Shown: in pieces, positions 30,871-38,379 of the stretch | Position numbering within the stretch: the stretch's first letter is position 1 | How the letters are laid out: each line of letters starts with the position of its first letter | Assembly: GCA_020348925.1 (NCBI GenBank) | Contig: CP070758.1 | Coordinates: 310,001 to 374,000, forward strand | DNA length: 64,000 nucleotides | From: Gemmatimonadota bacterium | Lineage (GTDB): Bacteria > JBHIER01 > G020348925 | Reading direction: 5' to 3' | Made by a program: the position numbers and the translations under genes | Notes under the pieces: generated by a model | What the model was told of the DNA's origin: nothing | Databases searched by the model: none | The model's input: the letters and a program-made list of their open reading frames with translations, nothing else

Positions 30871-32151
30871 TCATGATTGTTTTTGCTCTAAGATAGTGAG
30901 TTCTTTTTGAACTTTGGCCAGATCTTCCTTCGCTTCCAAAGCGCTGAATCCTTCAAAGGCAGATTGAAACATGTTCACAGCCTCTTCGGTATCGCCCTTT
31001 CTCTTGTACATGAGCCCCATTTTGTAGCGGGTTTCCGCCAGACTGAGGGGGCTTTCGTATTTTTCGTTCAGCTTGAGACTTTCTTTAAAAAATTTCTCGG
31101 CTGCAGACCACTCCTCTTTCTGTGTGAAAATAATGCCGAGTATTTTCGTCACTTCGCCCAGACCCAAAAAGTCATCAAGACTGCAACAGAGTCTGTATGC
31201 TCGAGCGCAGTAGTTTGCAGCCATGGTATAATCTGACAGCTCCAGATAGAGCTCCGCTCGGTTCAGATAGATGATGGCCATCAAGGCGAAATCGCCGATT
31301 TTTCTTGAAATCTTGAGACTTTCCTCGTAGCACTCGGAAGCTCTTGTCAAATCCTTTTTATCGCCATACACCATTCCCAGGTTGTTGTATGTCTGGGCAA
31401 GGCCGCGCATATCTCCCAAACTCTGATACCCCAAAATACACTCATGATACTGTTTAATGGCTTTGTCGAACTCCCCTTGGATGGTATAGATGATTCCCAG
31501 GTTGTTGTGAATATGAGTTACCATATGTGTGTAGTCCAACGATTTGGCTATATTCAGGGCCTGTGAATAGTAATTTGTAGCCTGCTGGAAATTTCCTCTT
31601 TCGTAAGAGACGATACCCATACCGGACAGCACATCGGACAGGCCCTTTTGATCTCCGATCTTCTCAAGAATTGTGCGCCCCCGCTTATAGAATTCGAGAG
31701 AGGCGTCCCATTTGTTCAACCGGCAATGAATTTCACCCATCTCCTTGAGCGTCTGCGCCTGAATTTTCACCTCCACCAATTTTTCACTGAGATCGAGAGC
31801 GACCTCATAATCCTCCAGCGCCCGCTCGTAATGGCCGTGCTTTTGGTAAATTTTCCCGATGTTGTATGTGAGATAGAGCTGTTCCCTTTCACCCAGGAGG
31901 GGTCCCGTTCCGCTTTTCACAGCTTTCAATGCTAAGTCGATGAACTTGACGGCCTGCTCCATCGACTCCTCATCCATGGCAAATCGATCGAGCGCGTTTT
32001 CCACCCTCACAGCTGACGATAAAACTCCGGCCAGGGACAAAGCCTCCCTGATACTTTCCGAGTTCTCGCTCCCGGGATTCCTGTCGTATTCGTCCAAGAG
32101 TTCTTCCAGCTTATCGATCAGAGGCTCTGTTTTGTTACTGTCAGCAATCAT
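30871..32151 (-). CDS. Cytoplasmic TPR protein (paralog B) with about 80-aa helical N-terminal region
   Basis: Repeated AQTYNNLG..Y / A..Y..AL motifs; close paralog of 32589-33893. Confidence 0.9.
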   Translation of the reverse strand: MIADSNKTEPLIDKLEELLDEYDRNPGSENSESIREALSLAGVLSSAVRVENALDRFAMDEESMEQAVKFIDLALKAVKSGTGPLLGEREQLYLTYNIGKIYQKHGHYERALEDYEVALDLSEKLVEVKIQAQTLKEMGEIHCRLNKWDASLEFYKRGRTILEKIGDQKGLSDVLSGMGIVSYERGNFQQATNYYSQALNIAKSLDYTHMVTHIHNNLGIIYTIQGEFDKAIKQYHECILGYQSLGDMRGLAQTYNNLGMVYGDKKDLTRASECYEESLKISRKIGDFALMAIIYLNRAELYLELSDYTMAANYCARAYRLCCSLDDFLGLGEVTKILGIIFTQKEEWSAAEKFFKESLKLNEKYESPLSLAETRYKMGLMYKRKGDTEEAVNMFQSAFEGFSALEAKEDLAKVQKELTILEQKQS

Positions 32152-32212
32152 CTCGGTTTATTGTCACGGACACAATTTACCCGCCAAACATGATGGCGCA
32201 TCGCATTTCAAT

Positions 32213-32537
32213 TCACGACTTATAGCTATGGCGCACCGGCAGAAATGGTTTGTGAATAGGCGAGCGTAAATACTCCATTTCCCAGGTCTCCTCGTATCTC
32301 CGCATCGAGACGGCCCCACAGTCCGGCATCCTCATGGTAATATTAAACGCCGTCGCTCCCCGTATCGTCAATATCCGATAATTCACCAATGAAGAGGGAC
32401 CGGTTTGAAAATATGAGGGATCCCCATTGGTCTTGGCTGTACCCGAAAGAGCAACTGCGTCTTTTGAATTCTCAGGCCGCACAGGCAGTTCATTGGGCTA
32501 AAATCCACATGGCAATCTTAACAATACTGTTACTCAT
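32213..32537 (-). pseudogene. Decayed paralog of the gene remnant at 33931-34620
   Basis: Fragments MSNSIVKIAMWILAQ*, YYHEDAGLWGRLDAEI and (frameshifted) NHFCRCAIAISR match YCFNEEIGLWEWIGAQI and DHFSWYS of the upstream remnant. Confidence 0.5.
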
Positions 32538-32588
32538 TATTTTCTTCTCTTTCCCTTTTGTTCCTCGTGCTTTTCCTTGTTTCTCTAT

Positions 32589-33893
32589 CTACGATGTTAT
32601 TGACTCAATCTCTTTCCGAGCCCTGGCCACGTCCTCCTTTGCCCCCAAATTGCCGAAGCCCTCTATGGCATTCCTCAAGCTTTTCAAGGCTTCGTTCGTC
32701 TCTCCCTTTTTGGTGTACATCAATCCGAGTTCGAAATGGGTTTCAGCCACATTCAAGGGATTCTCATACTTCGTACTTAACTTCAAACTCTCCTCAAAGA
32801 ATCCCTGGGCAATGGCCCATTCCCTTTTGTGAGTGAAGATGACGCCCAAGATTTTGGTTGCTTCCGCCAGGCCCAGGTTGTCATCCAAGCGGCTGCAGAG
32901 TTTATAAGCCCGTCTGCAGTAGTTGGTCGCCATACTGAAATCTGAGAAGTCCAAGTACAGTTCGGCTCTGTTCAAAAAGGTGATCGCCATAAGTGTGAAG
33001 TCGCCGCTCTCTCTGGCAATTTTGATGCTGTTCTCATAGCACGCTGACGCATTGACCAGATCCTTTTTGTCTCCGTATACCATCCCCAGGTTGTTGTACG
33101 TCTGGGCCAATCCTCGTTGATCTCCGGCAGTCTGATAGCCGGCAACGCACTCCTGATAGTGGGTGATGGCCTTGTCGAAATCCCCCTGAACACAGCACAG
33201 AATACCCAGGTTGTTCTGTGCATCAGCAATAATCTGGGCAAGGTTTCCACCCTGAGCCGTCTCCAGCGACTGCATGAATTGTTCGCTGGCTTTTTCGAAC
33301 TCTCCTCGTTCCAAAAAGACGGCGCCCATATCGGAGAGGACTTCCGAGATACCCTTCTTATCTTTAACTTCCTCAAAAAGCTTAAGACTTTCATCATACT
33401 TCTGGAGGGCCTGTTCCCACTTGTTTCTCCTGAAGTGTATTTGGCCTATTCCCTTCAAAGCCAGGGCCCTGACTTTTAATGCCTGAACCAACGTACCATC
33501 ACCATCGTTCAACAGCTCGCTCAGTTTCAAAGCACTTTCATAATGCTCCAAAGCCCGTGTGAAATCCCCGTGAGTTTGATAGGCTCTCCCGATATTGTAA
33601 ATATCCTGGGCGAAAATAAGTCGCTCCCGCTGACCTATTCGCTGATCCCCCTGAACCTTTATAACCTGAAGAGCGAGATCGACGTACTTGATAGCCTGTT
33701 CTATCGACTCCTCCCACATGGCCGACTGGTTGGGGGCATTCTCGACCCGCACTGCAGACGATACTTCTCCGATCAGCGCCAGAGCCTCCTCAACCCATTC
33801 CGGATATTCCCTCTTCTTTTTCCTTTCGTAATCGCCCACTATCTCCCGCAGTCTGTCTATCAGAGGCTCAATTTTCCCGGTGTCAGCTCGCAT
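32589..33893 (-). CDS. Cytoplasmic TPR protein (paralog A)
   Basis: TPR repeats; shares EPLID.L, SSAVRVENA, EES.EQA.K..DLAL and RGLAQTYNNLGMVYGDKKDL with paralog B. Confidence 0.9.
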   Translation of the reverse strand: MRADTGKIEPLIDRLREIVGDYERKKKREYPEWVEEALALIGEVSSAVRVENAPNQSAMWEESIEQAIKYVDLALQVIKVQGDQRIGQRERLIFAQDIYNIGRAYQTHGDFTRALEHYESALKLSELLNDGDGTLVQALKVRALALKGIGQIHFRRNKWEQALQKYDESLKLFEEVKDKKGISEVLSDMGAVFLERGEFEKASEQFMQSLETAQGGNLAQIIADAQNNLGILCCVQGDFDKAITHYQECVAGYQTAGDQRGLAQTYNNLGMVYGDKKDLVNASACYENSIKIARESGDFTLMAITFLNRAELYLDFSDFSMATNYCRRAYKLCSRLDDNLGLAEATKILGVIFTHKREWAIAQGFFEESLKLSTKYENPLNVAETHFELGLMYTKKGETNEALKSLRNAIEGFGNLGAKEDVARARKEIESITS

Positions 33894-33930
33894 TGATTCA
33901 ATCTCCTAAAATTTATTACCTGCTGATAGC

Positions 33931-34620
33931 CTATGTATTGCAGGCAAAATTAGGGAAGCTCCTTGTTGAGTACCAGGAGAAGTGATCCGAATCTGCCTCA
34001 ACCTTGATGGGTTCACCACAATCATCCGCACCAATCTGGGCACCGATCCATTCCCAAAGACCGATTTCTTCATTGAAACAGTAGCAACCAAGATCCCCTT
34101 GCCCCTCCGCATTCGATATATCGAGATCCGTTACTTTATGAGTAAGTGCCAGGCTTTTTTCGAACACATTTCCATGGGATCCAAAAGCGAGATCCCCATC
34201 CGACATCATACTGTCACAGCCGAGATTCATGCCCTTCAGAACGTCTGTTGAAACAGCGTCCGGAGGACTCCTTGGTCTCGATTTGATGCAAACTTCATTG
34301 TCGTTAGCTGAAGGTTGATAACGGTCTTTGAGTTTGAGCTCTCCGCCAGCCTCTCGACCGATGAACACCTCAACGCGTGTTTCGTCTGCTGCAATGACTG
34401 GAGTTCCTTTTCATTCACTCTGCAGCTCAATAAATTTGAGGGCTGTGGCCGGTACACCGCGGCTCCCCTCCGGTTCAACCATTATCGAATTGAGAGAGGG
34501 AGGCGAACCGTTTTCAGAGGCCTCTCCAAAACTTGCGGATAAATCGCCTATAAAAGCCTCAAACTCTAACATCGCAACGAATTTCTTTGAAGAGGGGAAA
34601 TTACTTTTCTTCGTTCAACC
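33931..34620 (-). pseudogene. Decayed small exported beta-rich protein with C-terminal HFSxY motif
   Basis: Frame of ORF 33931-34368 continues upstream through TGA at 34411-34413 to KKFVAML..(degenerate signal-like segment)..ALKFIEL; core FIGREAGGELKL..YCFNEEIGLWEW..DHFSWYS. Confidence 0.55.
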
Positions 34621-34697
34621 ATGCTCCTTTTCCCTCCGAAAATTGTCTGCAACGGTTTTGGGGTTCATTCTCTCTCCGCCAACCCAGGGGTTGCAAG

Positions 34698-34740
34698 AAA
34701 AAACCGGACCACCGAAGAAGTGCGCGCTTCGGCAGCCCGG
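34698..34740 (-). terminator. Riboswitch expression-platform terminator
   Basis: CCGGGCTGCCGAAG-CGCGCACTT-CTTCGGTGGTCCGG-TTTTTT; the left arm is the 3' end of the aptamer. Confidence 0.8.
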
Positions 34741-34824
34741 CTATCATAATCGGTTGGTACTCGAACCGATTTTAGACCCGTAGCTTTGTGTCTCCCGGTT
34801 TCCCGGGGTTTACCCTTTTCGAAC
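34727..34824 (-). ncRNA. Cyclic di-GMP-I (GEMM-I) riboswitch
   Basis: TTCGAAAAGGGTAAACCCCGG-GAAA-CCGGGAGACACAAAGCTACGGGTCTAAA..TATGATAGCCGGGCTGCCGAAG: GNRA loop, AAA bulge, GAC.CAAAGC junction, tetraloop receptor TCTAAA/TATGA, G at the G20 specificity position. Confidence 0.9.
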
Positions 34825-34865
34825 GCTCTTCCCGAAGAACTGCCCCAGGAAGTATTTCTCAAGTA

Positions 34866-34882
34866 TGCGAAAACCATGCCGA
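34866..34882 (-). promoter_or_regulatory. Sigma54 (-24/-12) promoter upstream of the riboswitch
   Basis: TCGGCATGGTTTTCGCA = GG-N10-GC; implied +1 about 30 nt before the aptamer. Confidence 0.7.
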
Positions 34883-35115
34883 ATCGGTGAAAAGGAATCA
34901 AAGTTTTCACCTCAAAACGGTTAGAGAGAGAACCTTCGATCCTGTCGAGCGAGGGGCGAACAATGGTAACAAATTATTTTGGAACGAATTTCCAAGAATA
35001 AGTGACGGAACTTGTGAGGCCGGAGGATACATGCATCCCCCAAAAAAATAGGAAGGAGTGCCGTGTTAAAATGCGGTTGTTTGAATAGAGACGAAAGAGC
35101 TTTTGGGGAATATTC

Positions 35116-36159
35116 CTAATACTGGGGAGTATTACTCAGTTCTTCGACGGGTTCTGTGCTGTTTGATGTGGTTTTATCGAGTCCGTAGCGCTTCATACGG
35201 TAGCGGAGTCGATCGCGAGTGATTCGAAGGAATCGCGCGGCTTCACTCACATTCCAGTGACACATGTTCAATGTCTCTTCGATCAATTTTCGCTCCACAT
35301 CGGCCAAGGGTAGTCCCCAGGGCGGAATATTGAAAGTAACATCGCCCCACGGACTGATCTCCATTGGGGGTCGTGGCACTTGCGAGCGTCGATCTTTGAT
35401 CCGGCGGTCGATGTCGAAATTTTGTGGCTTCAGCAACTTTTCGCCGGCCAAAAAGACACCTTTTTCAATCGCGTTTTTCAGTTCTCTCACATTCCCCGGC
35501 CACGAATAGCTCCTCAGGAGGCCTTTCGCCCCTTTTGAGAAACCTTCTATATCCCTTTCATACTCTGAATTAAACTGATCCAGAAAATGGTCCGCGAGGA
35601 GGAGTACGTCCTCTCCTCGTTCTCTCAGAGGGGGAAGATGCAAGCTGATAACATTTAAACGATAATACAAATCCTCCCGAAACGTGCCCTCGTTGACCGC
35701 TTTCTCCAAATCGATATTGGTTGCAGCCAGGATCCTCACTGTGACTCGTATCTCCTCGGAGCCGCCTATCCGCATGAATCTCTTTTCCTCTATGGCCCTC
35801 AATATTTTTGATTGAAGCTTGAGACTCATCGTGCCAATTTCATCCATGAAAAGAATACCGCCATGCGCCAACTCAAAGAGCCCGTTCTTTTGAATCTTGG
35901 CGTCCGTAAAAGCTCCCCGTTCGTAGCCGAAGAGTTCTGCTTCCAGTAAATTCTCGGGAATTGTCGAGCAGTTGACGTCGACAAAAGGCTGCTCAGGACG
36001 GCCGTACTTGTGAATCAGTCTGGCTATCAGTTCTTTACCAGTACCGCTTTCTCCCCGGATCAGGACCGTCATTTTTGAATTCCGGGCGGCCTTTTTGGCC
36101 GTCTCAATGATTTCCAGGAGCCTTTTGTCTTCTCCGACGATATTTATCTCGTGATCCAT
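35116..36159 (-). CDS. Sigma54-dependent activator (AAA+ plus Fis HTH) lacking an N-terminal regulatory domain
   Basis: GESGTGKELIA, ELFGYERGAFTDA, LFMDEIG, FREDLYYRLNV, WPGNVREL, NVSEAARFL.I.R..LRYRMKRY; in-frame TAA two codons upstream of the ATG. Confidence 0.93.
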   Translation of the reverse strand: MDHEINIVGEDKRLLEIIETAKKAARNSKMTVLIRGESGTGKELIARLIHKYGRPEQPFVDVNCSTIPENLLEAELFGYERGAFTDAKIQKNGLFELAHGGILFMDEIGTMSLKLQSKILRAIEEKRFMRIGGSEEIRVTVRILAATNIDLEKAVNEGTFREDLYYRLNVISLHLPPLRERGEDVLLLADHFLDQFNSEYERDIEGFSKGAKGLLRSYSWPGNVRELKNAIEKGVFLAGEKLLKPQNFDIDRRIKDRRSQVPRPPMEISPWGDVTFNIPPWGLPLADVERKLIEETLNMCHWNVSEAARFLRITRDRLRYRMKRYGLDKTTSNSTEPVEELSNTPQY

Positions 36160-36439
36160 TACTTATCCAGTTCCATACATTCTTCTGATCCTCGGGAATC
36201 CGAATCCTTACTATGTGCAGCATGTGAAAAGTTGACACCCGTTCGGACGTTTCTAGAGTTTTCGAAATGGTATTTCAAAGCAATGTCAAAGTCAATCCAC
36301 AGTTTCACCAGAAACGAGAGACAGAGATGTTGAGTCACTCAACTTGTCCGCACGCTTCCCCGTTCAAGTTAGAGCATTGCGAGTATCAATATTCTTGAGT
36401 GACATTGAACGTCAATGTCTAAAATACGACAGTCTAAGA

Positions 36440-36455
36440 AGCGAAATCCGTACCA
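36440..36455 (-). promoter_or_regulatory. Sigma54 (-24/-12) promoter upstream of the activator gene
   Basis: TGGTACGGATTTCGCT = GG-N10-GC, same TTTCGC -12 variant as 34866-34882. Confidence 0.62.
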
Positions 36456-36725
36456 TCACAAAACAGACCCCTCTCACATTATATAATTCATTAAAATACA
36501 ATAAATAATTCGTACAGAGAGATACCTCGGAATCGAGGTATACAAAATGTCGAATAGCCAAAGGCGGGTTATTCAGCCCATTTCTTCGAAGGCTTCCTGT
36601 TGAACAGGTAGAAAGGTCGTTGCAAAACGAAAAGAATGGTTACCCTGTAAAAGACTTACTGGTTCAAGGAATTGATCGGACTCTGATTTGAACTCTCGAT
36701 TCCATAATTGAAAGACCAAGAAATT

Positions 36726-38318
36726 TTAAGGTTCACAGCTATCTGTCCCCAGAATAACGTTCACGATGTTGATGAGGTCAAAGAGGTCGATTACGGCATC
36801 GGCGTTGCAATCGGCAGCCCAGAGAGAATCACCCGTCAGGATCTCTGTTCCCAAAATATGATTGACAATTTCCAACAGATCAAAAAGATCGATACTGTCA
36901 TCACCGTTGACATCGCCCCTGGCTTGCTGAGACTGGCATTCGCCCTCGTAATCTACATTGACTCCGACGGCAGCAGCTTCGCAGGCGTTGGAGTATGTTC
37001 TCCCGTTGCAGCCGCACACAGGATCCCAGACATTCGGGCACCCCTGGGGTCTTGGCTCACAGACTCCCTGACCGGAGCAGTCGCCCGTTTCTTTTTCGCA
37101 ATAGTTCCCTGATGGGCAGTCGCCAATCGTTGAGCAGGCAATGGCGCATTCACCGATGTAGTCTATATTCACACCGGAGAGGGCCGCCTCACACTCGTTT
37201 GAGTAGGTCCTGCCGTCACAGCCGCAGACAGGATCCCATAGCGGAGGGCACAGGGTTGGTTTCGGTTGGCACCTTCCGTTGCCAGTGCAATTCCCCGTCA
37301 CCTTTTCGCAGTATTCCTCAGGTGAACAATCATTATTTTTAGAACACGAAACTGAGCACTCACCCTCATAGGCTATGTTCATTCCCAACATTGCCGCGAT
37401 ACAAGCGTTGATGTAAGTTCTTCCGTCGCAGCCGCAGACAGGATCATGTAGTATCGGGCAGACGGTCGGCTTCAGATTGCACGTTCCCTGACCGTTACAA
37501 TCGCCCACTGCCTTTGAGCAGTATTCTCCCAAGTCACACTCTCGGTTGCCTCTGCAGTAAAAGAGCCCGCATTCACCCTCAAATTCAACGTTCACTCCAG
37601 CCATGGCGGCGAGACACTCGTTCGAGTACGTGATGCCATCGCAGCCGCAGACGGGATCCACGATGTCAGGACATACTCCCGGCATGGGTTGACACGATCC
37701 CTGACCCTCGCAATCTCCTGTCGCCTTGGCACAATATTCATCTTGGCCGCAGTCGACGTTGAGCGAACAAGATGCCGCAGCGCATTCACCGTCATAGTCC
37801 ACATTCTCCCCGGCGAGGGCGGCATAGCAGGCATTGCTGTATGTTACTCCATCACAGCCGCAGACAGGATCCCAAACAGGTAAACATGACGCCGGTATGT
37901 CGGCGCACGCGCCTGTCTCATCGCAGTTGCCTGTTGTCTTTGTGCAATACTCCCCTCCTTGACAGTCATTGTTGTCGATGCAGCCCTCGGAGCACTCTCC
38001 TTCGTAGTCGACACTCATTCCGGCCTGGGCGGCAAAGCAGTAATTTGTATAGGTCTCGCCGTCACATCCGCATACAGGGTCCCAGATATCCTGACATGTG
38101 TTCGGTTTCGTTGCACAAGTTCCCAAATCATCACAGCCTCCGGTCTCCTTCATGCAGTATTCTGCAGGGCCGCAGTCGGTATTTTTCGAACAATCGGTGG
38201 CATTTCCGGTGTTCTCACCGGCGTTTCCGGTGCCCAGGGTGCTCACTCTTGGAACCGTGATACTGAAACCCACGATACACAGCACGATCAGAACTGAAGG
38301 TAACATATAGCGCACCAT
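36726..38318 (-). CDS. Secreted protein with six Cys-rich Kazal-type repeats and C-terminal dockerin
   Basis: Signal peptide; six units of about 70 aa with 10 Cys each containing DPVCGC(D/N)G.TY.N.C...GEC; dockerin RGDVNGDDSIDLFD / ADCNADAVIDLFD. Confidence 0.9.
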   Translation of the reverse strand: MVRYMLPSVLIVLCIVGFSITVPRVSTLGTGNAGENTGNATDCSKNTDCGPAEYCMKETGGCDDLGTCATKPNTCQDIWDPVCGCDGETYTNYCFAAQAGMSVDYEGECSEGCIDNNDCQGGEYCTKTTGNCDETGACADIPASCLPVWDPVCGCDGVTYSNACYAALAGENVDYDGECAAASCSLNVDCGQDEYCAKATGDCEGQGSCQPMPGVCPDIVDPVCGCDGITYSNECLAAMAGVNVEFEGECGLFYCRGNRECDLGEYCSKAVGDCNGQGTCNLKPTVCPILHDPVCGCDGRTYINACIAAMLGMNIAYEGECSVSCSKNNDCSPEEYCEKVTGNCTGNGRCQPKPTLCPPLWDPVCGCDGRTYSNECEAALSGVNIDYIGECAIACSTIGDCPSGNYCEKETGDCSGQGVCEPRPQGCPNVWDPVCGCNGRTYSNACEAAAVGVNVDYEGECQSQQARGDVNGDDSIDLFDLLEIVNHILGTEILTGDSLWAADCNADAVIDLFDLINIVNVILGTDSCEP

Positions 38319-38379
38319 CGTCTTTTCCCCTTGTTTCTCAGAACATCACAAAAAGATCAACTCGAACCGGACTTGAAAT

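Noticed and set aside
28070-34620. In-frame TAG and TGA codons in the HD-GYP and HFSxY frames read as pyrrolysine, selenocysteine or code reassignment
   Set aside because: The same frames also have frameshifts and lost catalytic residues, and intact genes in the window end in TAG and TGA normally; pseudogenisation is simpler
28785-34824. 3',3'-cGAMP (Hypr GGDEF / GEMM-Ib) signalling
   Set aside because: The aptamer has G at the specificity position and the cyclase keeps Asp in GHIPGD; both indicate c-di-GMP
36930-38200. Roughly 210-bp periodic DNA repeats (GCCGCAGACAGGATCC) as a CRISPR or satellite array
   Set aside because: Fully explained by the six coding Kazal repeats; no cas genes seen
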